Below, in pieces: positions 55,627 through 64,000 of a DNA stretch of 64,000 bases (within the stretch, counting starts at the first letter, position 1; each line of letters starts with the position of its first letter). Origin of the DNA: a virus. Below the pieces are notes generated by a model, which did not search any database, was not told the origin of the DNA, and worked only from the letters and a program-made list of their open reading frames with translations. The translations under genes were made by a program, and so were the position numbers. Location of the stretch: IMG/VR virus record IMGVR_UViG_3300021478_000216, positions 14,995 through 78,994 of that record. One strand, given 5' to 3'.

Positions 55627-55842
55627 CTAGACGGGTTCGTCCTTGGTAGCTGTGCAGCCCGGGAACGTACACTCGTACTCGTCGTAGTATCCGCCGAGCT
55701 TACCGCCTCCGCGACGCTTCCACTTCCACTGGTGCGCGTGCTTTTCGACCTTCTTCTTTTTCTTATCCTTACCTCCGGCTCCAGGCTGCATGGGGCATTC
55801 GCCTGGCTTATGATTCGTTCCACACGAGTTACATGTTGCCAT
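55627..55842 (-). CDS. Small Cys/His-rich basic protein
   Basis: CNSC..H...C, polyLys, C-terminal CTFPGC; AAGGAG RBS. Confidence 0.55.
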   Translation of the reverse strand: MATCNSCGTNHKPGECPMQPGAGGKDKKKKKVEKHAHQWKWKRRGGGKLGGYYDEYECTFPGCTATKDEPV

Positions 55843-56101
55843 TTTGGTTATCTCCTTCCTTCCGAGCCGCCCTCGGGAAGGGAATACCGAGGGCGACCCG
55901 CATGGAAGGACCTACTTGGTCCAGCCGTGCTGTAGGGGGGTCTGGTGGATCATGATATGCGCTCGATCTTGAACCAAGCACCAGGCTCCATGTTGTCCAT
56001 CAGGAGCTTGATGACTGCCACCTGCTGGTTCGGATCGACGGTCATGGTATTGACCTGCTCCTGACCGTCGACAGGGCTGTAGATCGTGATGTTGAAGTAC
56101 T

Positions 56102-56377
56102 TCATGACACGCCCTCAGTCCTTGGTCGAAGTTCGCCGTAGGCATTGACCCTGGTATTGATACCGTATCGGCCTCGGTCGGCGTTTGGTCCACCCTCAGA
56201 CATGAAAGGTTTTATAGGTGTTGGAACCTCTAGACGTGGACCGTCTCCGAAGAATTCACGTGCAATGTCCAAGGCTTTTGTCTGGAGCTCTTCTACAGTG
56301 TCTCCGTAGACGGTAACAGGAACTGAACCGATAAAAGGCTCAGCTTTCTTGAGTGGCCACATGACTACAGGTACCAC
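56102..56377 (-). CDS. Hypothetical protein
   Basis: 91 aa. Confidence 0.5.
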   Translation of the reverse strand: MVPVVMWPLKKAEPFIGSVPVTVYGDTVEELQTKALDIAREFFGDGPRLEVPTPIKPFMSEGGPNADRGRYGINTRVNAYGELRPRTEGVS

Positions 56378-56685
56378 TCGCGCAGGTCGATCGACACCGC
56401 ATTGCCCTTGCGAACGATCGAAATGCGGAACTCGTTAGCTCCTGCCGGGAAGCCGACGAACTTGCGCTCGCCGTACTTCTCGTCGTCGCCGTCGACCTTC
56501 TTGGTGAAGCCGTAATCGTCGAGCTCCTTCCAGAAGCTCGCGACGTCGTCGGCCTCATTCCAGAGGGTCCGGACGATCTCCGTCTTCTCGGCGATGAAGA
56601 CGAGAAGATCGGTCGTGGCGGACAGGCGGATGCCTCTGGGAGCTGGCTTCCTGGCCTGCGCGGTGTCGTTGCCGGTGCTCTTCAT
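56365..56685 (-). CDS. Hypothetical protein (PC4-like C-terminal IDLREWY)
   Basis: GAGGAG RBS, GC3-rich. Confidence 0.55.
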   Translation of the reverse strand: MKSTGNDTAQARKPAPRGIRLSATTDLLVFIAEKTEIVRTLWNEADDVASFWKELDDYGFTKKVDGDDEKYGERKFVGFPAGANEFRISIVRKGNAVSIDLREWYL

Positions 56686-56783
56686 TTTTTCGGTCTCCTC
56701 GACCCTTGACCGGACGTTACCGGTGTACCTAACCTAGTGTTAGGCGAACGTGCTGAAGCTGGGCGATTCAGCACGAACGTCCA

Positions 56784-57158
56784 TCACCAGTCGTGAAGGC
56801 AGAGTGGGCAAAACCCGATGTCGTCTACCGTATCACCTTTCAGGACCACGATCGAGTTCGGAAGGATCTGACCTTCTTCACCGACTTGCTTAAGCATCTC
56901 CCGGAAGGCTTCCCTGACGGCCTCGTCGCTCGGGTAGCTATGCTTGCACTCGAAGCACACTCTTCCGTCGGGTGTGACCATCTCTTCGACCCCGTGGATC
57001 GCGCACAACGAGTACAGGTTGTGCACGTACAGGAAGAAGTCCTGCACGCGCTTTACAGGTTCCATCCTAGGAACTTCGAGTTCGTGTTCCTTCGCTTCCT
57101 CGACGTATTCTTTCCAGAATTTGTCCAGGAGCGCCTTGGCTTCCTCGAATTCGTCCAT
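56784..57158 (-). CDS. Hypothetical Zn-binding protein
   Basis: CAIH, CFECKH, FCPLCLHDW. Confidence 0.6.
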   Translation of the reverse strand: MDEFEEAKALLDKFWKEYVEEAKEHELEVPRMEPVKRVQDFFLYVHNLYSLCAIHGVEEMVTPDGRVCFECKHSYPSDEAVREAFREMLKQVGEEGQILPNSIVVLKGDTVDDIGFCPLCLHDW

Positions 57159-57505
57159 CAGAAGCTTCGATACATAATCAGTTTGTCTCCGGAAAGGAGT
57201 TCGAAGATCTCGCCATCGACTAGGTCGATGAACGAATGATCGTACTTAAGAGCGTACTGACCCTCGTTCAAAGGCGTCTGCGCGAGTGCACCGTAGGACG
57301 TTACCCAGAAAGCTACGCTTCTCGAGATCGGATACGGCATGTACGGATGAGTGTGAAGCTTGTCGGCATAGATCTTGGTCATATCGCCGAGTAGGCCTTC
57401 CTTATCGTCGAAGGCGGCCGCTAGAGCCATAGCCGCGACGTGGAAGTCTCCCCATCGGACCTTTACCGACTCGCCGTCCCTGATAACCTGCGTATTGAGA
57501 GGCAT
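57158..57505 (-). CDS. Hypothetical protein
   Basis: 115 aa, GGAGAG RBS. Confidence 0.6.
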   Translation of the reverse strand: MPLNTQVIRDGESVKVRWGDFHVAAMALAAAFDDKEGLLGDMTKIYADKLHTHPYMPYPISRSVAFWVTSYGALAQTPLNEGQYALKYDHSFIDLVDGEIFELLSGDKLIMYRSF

Positions 57506-57516
57506 GTTACTCTCCG

Positions 57517-57708
57517 TTACAGATTCTCGAAGAACGCGTTCATCTTGTCGGACGCAAGCAGTTCGTCTACCTGGCGTGCCTCGAAGATCTCGCAGGCTCT
57601 CTGGACGGTATCTTTGGTGTATCCATCAGGTTCGTCCATGATCTTCTCAAGGAACTCGACGGCTGAAGCCTTAAGAGCTTCCGTGCTGATCCATGTCTTA
57701 CCTATCAT
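57517..57708 (-). CDS. Hypothetical protein
   Basis: 63 aa, first ORF after promoter. Confidence 0.55.
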   Translation of the reverse strand: MIGKTWISTEALKASAVEFLEKIMDEPDGYTKDTVQRACEIFEARQVDELLASDKMNAFFENL

Positions 57709-57819
57709 TTCGTTCCCCTTCTAGAGGATCTTCCCTCCAGACCGTGCTCCAGAACAGGGGTGGTGAACTGGAGCACGGACTGCAAGGAAGGTACCCAAGA
57801 GCAAACGTTGTTTCTTTTT

Positions 57820-57849
57820 ATTATATTGCATATCCTATTGTAAAAGCTA
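57820..57849 (-). promoter_or_regulatory. Promoter, TAGCTT-N18-TATAAT
   Basis: Promoter family member. Confidence 0.8.
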
Positions 57850-57936
57850 GTCTCCAAAAGCAAGATCTTTTTGGCCTTCCTGATTCTGGCGACCACGGCA
57901 AGGTACGCCCTCGCGGAACGTACCTCACCGTAGTGG

Positions 57937-58122
57937 TCAGGGCATTCTGTCTCGCATCTCGGTTAGTTGGTCTCCTGGTGTGGTGAATACTTCGTCGTCA
58001 CCGAGGAACCTCACGGCGTAAGTGTCGTCGTCGAGGACTTCATCGATCTGGACAGGAGCCGAGAGTGCCTCGACGTCCTTGACGTGGTAGATCGCCTTGT
58101 CGCCGGCCTTGAGGTCAAGCAT
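57937..58122 (-). CDS. Small SH3-like hypothetical protein
   Basis: Probable start MLDLKAGDKAIY. Confidence 0.5.
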   Translation of the reverse strand: MLDLKAGDKAIYHVKDVEALSAPVQIDEVLDDDTYAVRFLGDDEVFTTPGDQLTEMRDRMP

Positions 58123-58396
58123 CTTCCGCATCCTTCTCGATCTTGTTCCGGAGGTCCTCCCTGATGAGATCCTCCAGTTCCGAAGCTTCGCCTTTCGGCA
58201 AGGCGAAGATAGCGTCACGTACTTTCGCGTACGCGTTAGCTGTCACCATGCATATTGAGTGGTACGCACCGTCTTCGAACTGAATGACAATGTGAGCGAC
58301 GGTACCGCCGAAATCCACAGGTTCGTCGATACCGCACCAGTTACACTCCAGCGGCTTGGTCATCTTCGGTATTCCCTTCGACTTCTTCCTTAGCAA
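58115..58396 (-). CDS. Hypothetical protein
   Basis: CNWC motif. Confidence 0.5.
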   Translation of the reverse strand: MLRKKSKGIPKMTKPLECNWCGIDEPVDFGGTVAHIVIQFEDGAYHSICMVTANAYAKVRDAIFALPKGEASELEDLIREDLRNKIEKDAEDA

Positions 58397-58628
58397 GATA
58401 CTCGTGCTCGGGGCAGAGTATCCAGCGTGTCGTGAGCGGAATTCGCAGTCCGCCGATTTCTAGGGTCGCACTTTCGAGCTGATCGTAGTACCAGAACATT
58501 CCGTCTGGGTGAGCTGCTTCGATCCAGCTCGGAAAGTGTTCGGCATCGTCGATGAAGCAGTGCGGACCAGACCGAGGTCCGGCCCAGCACGCCTTGATTA
58601 CGGCGACCTTCTCCTCTGGTGTCTTCAT
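58341..58628 (-). CDS. Hypothetical protein
   Basis: AAGGA RBS. Confidence 0.5.
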   Translation of the reverse strand: MKTPEEKVAVIKACWAGPRSGPHCFIDDAEHFPSWIEAAHPDGMFWYYDQLESATLEIGGLRIPLTTRWILCPEHEYLAKEEVEGNTEDDQAAGV

Positions 58629-58697
58629 TTGTTTCCTTCCCTTCGAACTGACGTCCGCGACGACGATCGAACCGTAGCTCGATCGCCATCGTGATCG

Positions 58698-58982
58698 TCA
58701 GTGAGGCGAGTCCCACATGTCTTCGTACTCTCCCTGCTCCTCAGGAGTCCAGCGTTCGTGCTTACCGCGTGCCTCTTCCACTCGCGCATCCTTGAAGTTC
58801 TGGGCGATGCGGTCGTCCGTCAGAACCATGTGGACGATCTCGGCGTAAGGCTCGAACATCCCGCCGAGCCTGTGTGCGTCCTGAATCTCGTGGACAACGT
58901 CCGCGAGAACCTTAAGGACCTTACGTCGGTCCTCAGGCGTAAACTCGCGTGCGCCCTCGAGAGCGTTGAACTGGATTCCCAT
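58698..58982 (-). CDS. Hypothetical protein
   Basis: Probable start MGIQFN with GGAAGG RBS. Confidence 0.5.
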   Translation of the reverse strand: MGIQFNALEGAREFTPEDRRKVLKVLADVVHEIQDAHRLGGMFEPYAEIVHMVLTDDRIAQNFKDARVEEARGKHERWTPEEQGEYEDMWDSPH

Positions 58983-59414
58983 GGCATTTCCTTCCTGAAC
59001 ACATGGACCTGTCTGAAGACGAGAGCACTCGTCTGTAATCTTGCAGCCTGGGTATCCACACCACCAAGGCTGTTCATTATCTAGCATGCGGCGAATTTGG
59101 CCGTATCAAAGATGTCGCGGTGGTTCTTGGCGATCCAGTAAAGCATGTCGTCCTTGATCGATTCGTCAGTGTTTTTGATGAACTCGTCAGCTTCGATCAG
59201 GTGCTGAGGCCTATTGTCCACTGGTACTTCCTTCCTCGAACACCAGCTTGGCGTCCGCGACAGTCGATCGAATCTGGGCAATCGATCGACCATCGTGAAC
59301 GTCAGGCCTGCTGGTTCCTGCAGGCCTCGTCCATTTCTTTCATGCCTTCCACGGCCAGAAGGATTCCTCCGTATGCGAACTCCCACCGGAGCAGGAGTTC
59401 GCGGAGCCAGCGCT

Positions 59415-59693
59415 TCATGTGAGCCACAAGACGCAGTTGACACACCTGTACTCACAGGGATCCAGACCGATACCGATCCAGTTGAACATCTTGCACGTTC
59501 TGCACATGTGTGCGAATTCGGCTGCCTGTCCGTACTCTTCTGCCACGATTCGGAGATCGGTGGTGATCGAGTCACCTTCGGTGTTCACGAACGTGACCTT
59601 GTGGAATACAGCGATCACGTCGCCTTGTCCGTAGGTCGTGTCGGGATAGTCGATCTCTTCGACCTTGACTTCGTCAGGGATTTGTGCGGTCAT
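59415..59693 (-). CDS. Hypothetical protein, Cys-rich C-terminus
   Basis: CRTC...CEYRCVNC. Confidence 0.5.
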   Translation of the reverse strand: MTAQIPDEVKVEEIDYPDTTYGQGDVIAVFHKVTFVNTEGDSITTDLRIVAEEYGQAAEFAHMCRTCKMFNWIGIGLDPCEYRCVNCVLWLT

Positions 59694-60036
59694 CTTTCCT
59701 GATCCGTTCCTTGATGTAGCTGAACAGTTCCTTGAAGTCTCGCTGCCTGAAGATCAGGTCGATCATGTACGACTTCGGCATCCAGTAGGTCACGACGTAC
59801 GCCGTACCTTCCGGCCAGTCGTCGAAGTCGTCCTGTTCGGCCATCAGCGTCCGAAATTCGTCTGCGAACGCTTCCGCGTTCTTGCGACCCGAGACGTACC
59901 ACTGCATGTCTCGAACGCTGAAGCCGCCTCCTGCGTCCTCTGGGTACTGATCGCCGTAAGCTGCTGCGATCAGGTAGAAGTCTTCGTCGCTGAGACGAGA
60001 GTCGAATGGGTATCCGACATCTATGCAGTATCTCAT
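59674..60036 (-). CDS. Hypothetical protein
   Basis: Probable start MRYCID with GAAGGA RBS. Confidence 0.55.
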   Translation of the reverse strand: MRYCIDVGYPFDSRLSDEDFYLIAAAYGDQYPEDAGGGFSVRDMQWYVSGRKNAEAFADEFRTLMAEQDDFDDWPEGTAYVVTYWMPKSYMIDLIFRQRDFKELFSYIKERIRKDDRTNP

Positions 60037-60265
60037 TTTGGTCCTTCCCTTCTCGGACTTGACGTCCGTGGCAGCCGATCGAGTAGGTACTCGATCGGCC
60101 ACCATGAATATCAGTCTTCGAGGATCCCGAACAGCACGCGCATCATGATCTGCACAGGACCTTCAGAGAAAGGTATCGGAGGACACTCGATCGTGCCTGC
60201 GCGAGCATGAACGACATCGCCGTCCATGTTTTCCTGAACGCGTGCGCCGCACTCTTCACACACGC

Positions 60266-60517
60266 TCATGTCAGCGACCTTACGATCCAGATCTCGAACG
60301 CGCCGTAGCAGTCATCCCAGGGCGTGACGTAGTGTGCCGTGCTTAGTCCGGTACCTCGTGACAGGTAATGAGTCCACACAAGAGGTGGCAGGGTGCCTTG
60401 TGCCAGGTGGTTAGCTTGAGTCTGGCACCATTCCTTGCCGGCATCGACGTCGTCGACGATTCCGACAGGCTTGGCGCCGAGATCGTTTTCGCACCACATA
60501 ACGATAACGGTGCTCAT
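60266..60517 (-). CDS. Hypothetical protein
   Basis: ATGA overlap. Confidence 0.5.
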   Translation of the reverse strand: MSTVIVMWCENDLGAKPVGIVDDVDAGKEWCQTQANHLAQGTLPPLVWTHYLSRGTGLSTAHYVTPWDDCYGAFEIWIVRSLT

Positions 60518-60810
60518 GGCTTCTTGGCCCTTTCATCCGTGAGACGAAGCGCCTTGGCAGCCTCTCGGAATCCGTTCATTGCTTCCGTAAGAGACGAGTA
60601 AGGCTGCTCGGAGAGCCGAACATCGCAGCTCGCATCTCTGGTGATCTCGTCTCTGCGGAAGATCCACCATCGCTTGCTGGTGTCGTCGGACCGCAAGTAG
60701 TACTCGGTGTTCCCCTTCCAGCAGTACAGGGTGTGGTTGTAGATGCGACTCCACGAGTCTGCGCGCTGTCGAGTGAAGTCGACGCCGTAAGGAGGAATTG
60801 CTCCGGTCAT
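60514..60810 (-). CDS. Hypothetical protein
   Basis: Probable start MTGAIPP with GAAGGGA RBS. Confidence 0.55.
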   Translation of the reverse strand: MTGAIPPYGVDFTRQRADSWSRIYNHTLYCWKGNTEYYLRSDDTSKRWWIFRRDEITRDASCDVRLSEQPYSSLTEAMNGFREAAKALRLTDERAKKP

Positions 60811-60884
60811 GGTCTTTTCCCTTCTAACTAGACCGCGCGGCACATCGAACGAATTCGATGTACCACGCCGCTTAGTCAGATCGG

Positions 60885-61292
60885 CTAGACGTCGAACACA
60901 CAATCGAGTTCGTACAAGCAGTTCCAGATTTCGGCGAGCGAGTGATACAGAAACTGTAGGTCCTCGGTTGCGGTGTACCGCTTGTCAGGCAAGTCGCTGT
61001 CAGGCGGAATCTGTCCCATGGCCCACGTGACCTGACTGTATGTCAGGTTCACAGCCTCGTACCCCATGTACTTGTAGACATCGGCCTGAAGCTCCTGTGA
61101 CTTCTTCAGGAGTCTAACCCTGACCTCCTCGTATCTATTACGGTCGAACACGAAGCGCTTGCGCTCGTCCTCGTAGGTCTCCGGCTTACCCGGAATCGGG
61201 TCCATGTACAGTCCGGACCACATCTGCGTACAGATGTCCAACTCGAACGTTGCCGTTCCGTGCTTGTGCTTCTTGACCAACGTCGTGGTCAT
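60885..61292 (-). CDS. Hypothetical protein
   Basis: GAAGGGAG RBS, 135 aa. Confidence 0.6.
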   Translation of the reverse strand: MTTTLVKKHKHGTATFELDICTQMWSGLYMDPIPGKPETYEDERKRFVFDRNRYEEVRVRLLKKSQELQADVYKYMGYEAVNLTYSQVTWAMGQIPPDSDLPDKRYTATEDLQFLYHSLAEIWNCLYELDCVFDV

Positions 61293-61374
61293 GATTCTCC
61301 CTTCTTGATCCTGAACGGATCAGGCGGCGCACCGAGGTTCTGGGTTCCTCGGTGCACCACCTCACTCGTTCAGA

Positions 61375-61731
61375 TCAGCAGGTACCTGAATGCGTGATGG
61401 TGTTGGTGACCGTACCCTTCTTGCTGACGGAGTGGCGCCACTCGGTCTTGGTCCAGCACGCCACGGTGGCGTTCTTAATCCAGTAGAACGTGGACGTAGC
61501 GCCGGTGTACGAGTCACTGTAGCCGCGTTCGGTCTCGGTGTAGACCTTGCCGCACCCGACCTTGTGCATCGTGTACCCCGACACGGTACCCTTCGCCGAC
61601 ACGGAGTAGTGATGCGTGGTCTCGTTCACGCACGTCGTGGCCGACGCCTGCGCGGTGCTCGTGAACGCGATCGCGCTTCCGGCGACAGCAGCGAAGGTAG
61701 CTCCGGTGGCGATGATGCTGCGGATCCTCAT
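61375..61731 (-). CDS. Secreted protein (Sec signal peptide, 4 Cys, internal repeat)
   Basis: MRIRSIIATGATFAAVAGSAIAFTSTAQA signal; YSVSAKGTV / HSVSKKGTV repeat. Confidence 0.7.
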   Translation of the reverse strand: MRIRSIIATGATFAAVAGSAIAFTSTAQASATTCVNETTHHYSVSAKGTVSGYTMHKVGCGKVYTETERGYSDSYTGATSTFYWIKNATVACWTKTEWRHSVSKKGTVTNTITHSGTC

Positions 61732-62108
61732 GACAGTTCCCTTCTGGGTTCCTTTTTGATCGGACTGAATGTCCGCGACAACTGATCGAATCGAACTCGA
61801 TCAGTCATCGTGATCGTTCAGGCGTGAAGCTCTTCGGCGTTCGTTACTCCGGGAGCGATCGTCAGGCGCCCGACAGATGCAGACATGTACGTTACAGAAT
61901 CGAACTCGACGCGAACGACCTTGCTGTAGGCAGGCTCGGTGTCCGTCGCCGCTACGAACATCGTAATGATTACTTCGTTCATTGTTCCGTTTCTCCCTTC
62001 GGGTTAGGTACCCGCAACGACCGACCGTAACCGATCATTGTGGGAACCTAACTAGCTCCCTGTTGCGCTTGCTGCTAGAAACTTTGTTCCGCTGTGAGCG
62101 CTCCTAGT

Positions 62109-62147
62109 TTTGCTGCTAGGATTCCGGGTTTGCTGCTAGGATTCCGG
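62109..62147 (+). repeat. Tandem direct repeat (20-nt period, 2 copies) plus partial upstream copy
   Basis: TTTGCTGCTAGGATTCCGG twice; TTGCTGCTAG also near 62069. Confidence 0.7.
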
Positions 62148-62172
62148 ACGTATTTAGTTGCTGTTTTTTTTT

Positions 62173-62475
62173 TTAGCAGGCTCGGAACGACTTGCTGCTG
62201 TGCGTACGATTCTCAGGTGAATCCGTAAACTGCGTTCCCGGCTTAGCAACTTTGGCTTCGTTGTACTGATTCGGCGCTTGATAGATAGCCTTAACGATAC
62301 TACGAGGTCCGGTCAAGCCTCGTGTCGGAACTCGATCTGAGTGACGCTTCGAATCACGTCTTGCCGGAATCTCACTTTGCTTCAGGTCTCGTGGCCGAAT
62401 CTTAACTTCTTCGGTTTCGGCTCTGATCATGCTGTCGAGAGCAAATAGCGCTGCCTGCAACGCTTTCGCGTCCAT
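62173..62475 (-). CDS. Hypothetical basic protein
   Basis: 100 aa. Confidence 0.5.
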   Translation of the reverse strand: MDAKALQAALFALDSMIRAETEEVKIRPRDLKQSEIPARRDSKRHSDRVPTRGLTGPRSIVKAIYQAPNQYNEAKVAKPGTQFTDSPENRTHSSKSFRAC

Positions 62476-62678
62476 GACTAGTTCAGGCCTCTCTTCGTAA
62501 TTTCGGCTTGAATCATTTCGTGTACTTCATTGTCCGGTTCGAGTACGGCTGCATCTAGCAGGTAATCGTCTTCGGAACTTTCGATCATGAACTGATAAAG
62601 TGACTTTTTGAATTGGTCCATGAACTTCTCCTCGTTCCGTATTTACTTAGGTGACTACTTTTAGTAGTTTTTTCTTTT

Positions 62679-62708
62679 ATTATATCACAGGTACGATTGT
62701 GAAATCTA
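62679..62708 (-). promoter_or_regulatory. Promoter, TAGATT-N18-TATAAT
   Basis: Promoter family member. Confidence 0.75.
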
Positions 62709-62748
62709 GTCGCTAGACGAAAGATTTCTGGGCTCACTTTTTTGTAGC

Positions 62749-63003
62749 CTACTCGCAGTTGCTACAGGTACCTGTGAGCGGAAGCTGCTCGTTACAGGTT
62801 GGACAGATCTTCTTGTTGCGGACCTTGCGTTGCGGCTCTCTCTTCTCGCATTCAGGTCTGTCGCAAGGTCCGTGACAATAGCAGTGGCATACGATTGCAT
62901 GGAGCCCGATTGCTACGAACTCGTCGCAAGCAGCTCCGTGTTCATCTTGCTTGCATGAGTACGAAATCAGTACATACCCTGCTCGGTTTTTGTGTGCCGA
63001 CAT
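62749..63003 (-). CDS. Cys-rich (Zn-finger-like) protein
   Basis: CHCYCH and ICPTCNEQLPLTGTCSNCE. Confidence 0.55.
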   Translation of the reverse strand: MSAHKNRAGYVLISYSCKQDEHGAACDEFVAIGLHAIVCHCYCHGPCDRPECEKREPQRKVRNKKICPTCNEQLPLTGTCSNCE

Positions 63004-63172
63004 TTTTGCGGAGTCAGGACTTCAGGTCCGCTATGACTACGATGACGAAGAGAACAGCTAGGGCGATGAAGGTGTAGTACATTCCGTTCACGGTATTGCT
63101 CCCTTTCTCAATTCGGTAACACCTAGTTACCTGCGCGACGCAGGAGCCGAAGCTCCTGCCTCACGCTCCGGA

Positions 63173-63502
63173 CTAGCTGTTCTTGGCGTTGAACTCTCGC
63201 ATCCAGCTGTAGAAGGATTCGACATCGACTTGCTTTCGGCCATCGGCTCCTTCGGTAATTCCGAACTTGTCTTTGCGTGCGTACGAATAGATCATCTGAG
63301 GCGAAACTTCTTTGAGTCCGAGTAGCGCTCGCTCTTCGTTCATGACTTTCGCTGCCTGAAACGGAGTGAAAACGTACTCTCGCTTCGGCTGCTTCGGCTT
63401 CGACTGCTTCGCGTTCCGGAGCTCGTTGAGTTCCCTCTGCGCCGCTTCGAGAGCGAGTCGGTAGTCTTCGATCGTCGCTGATTCGGTTGAGATTGCGTAC
63501 AT
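63173..63502 (-). CDS. Putative DNA-binding protein, paralog family
   Basis: TPFQAAKVMN...PQMIYSYARKDKF...VDVESFYSWM; GAAGGGA RBS. Confidence 0.7.
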   Translation of the reverse strand: MYAISTESATIEDYRLALEAAQRELNELRNAKQSKPKQPKREYVFTPFQAAKVMNEERALLGLKEVSPQMIYSYARKDKFGITEGADGRKQVDVESFYSWMREFNAKNS

Positions 63503-63595
63503 GATGCTTCCCTTCTATGTAGGCCCTGAGTGGCCTGAACGATGCTGAACTATGAGTTCAGTATCATTCTAGTAACTCAGATCCTGTTTTTTTTT

Positions 63596-63808
63596 TCAGT
63601 CGCATTCTATACATGTTCCGTTAACTGATAGTTTGATGAAATGTACAGGACAAGACTTAGTCTTGTAGTTTCCGGAGAATTTGAGATCTGCTGCAGCATC
63701 TGCTGCTGCTGAATTGAATTTTCTAGGTTCTGATTTGAGATGTACGAGATGTTGAGTTCTTTCGTAACGATGAGTTGTTGAGTACTGATCTTTTTGAGAT
63801 TGAAGCAT
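63596..63808 (-). CDS. Hypothetical protein with C-terminal CPxH...GTCxEC
   Basis: AGGAG RBS; C-terminus resembles that of 62749-63003. Confidence 0.5.
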   Translation of the reverse strand: MLQSQKDQYSTTHRYERTQHLVHLKSEPRKFNSAAADAAADLKFSGNYKTKSCPVHFIKLSVNGTCIECD

Positions 63809-63829
63809 GTTTATCTCCTGATAATAGTA

Positions 63830-64000
63830 GTTATTATTTTATTAAGTTGTTTAGTAAGTTGTTTAGTAAGTTGTTTAGTAATTTTGTTTGTTTTTTTTTT
63901 TTTTTTTTTATTTTATTTTTTTATTTTTATTTTTTGTTTTCGCATTTTTCTTTTTCTTTTTCTTTTTCTTTCTTTTTTTTTTTTTCTTTTTTTTTTTTTT
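63830..64000. repeat. AT-rich low-complexity end: 3x AAGTTGTTTAGT then poly-T tracts
   Basis: 12-nt tandem repeat 63844-63879 followed by T-rich run to the window edge. Confidence 0.8.

Noticed and set aside
1-64000. Prophage or lysogeny module
   Set aside because: No integrase, att site, repressor cassette or host genes visible in this window; lifestyle cannot be settled without the rest of the genome

Overview
The whole window is part of a tailed dsDNA bacteriophage genome (siphovirus-like gene set, probably infecting an actinomycete; host is inferred from GC3-rich highly expressed genes and gene content). A rightward virion/lysis arm (1-25.4 kb: scaffold, major capsid, repeat-rich structural proteins, head-tail connectors, major tail, frameshifted tail chaperone, tape measure, minor tails, holin, endolysin) converges on a leftward replication/early arm (25.5-64 kb). 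The leftward arm holds a UDG-PolA fusion, a 7-deazaguanine DNA-modification set (dpdA-like, folE, queD, queC, queE), SSB/AAA/exonuclease, an SNF2 helicase, a DUF3631-type protein and many small ORFs. No integrase, terminase or portal is visible in the window. The most unusual signals are: (1) a ~900-nt apparently non-coding array of about 11 back-to-back closed RNA modules at 44.76-45.66 kb, including a tRNA mimic and a pseudoknotted unit; (2) ten promoters sharing a strict -35/N18/-10 layout, three of them directly upstream of members of a four-member paralogous putative DNA-binding family; (3) two virion-module proteins built from a ~60-aa PGPTWxxLFKPG repeat; and (4) unannotated micro-ORFs, including a tandem pair of paralogous 47-48-aa peptides. 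All calls are by-eye motif recognition; no database search was run.
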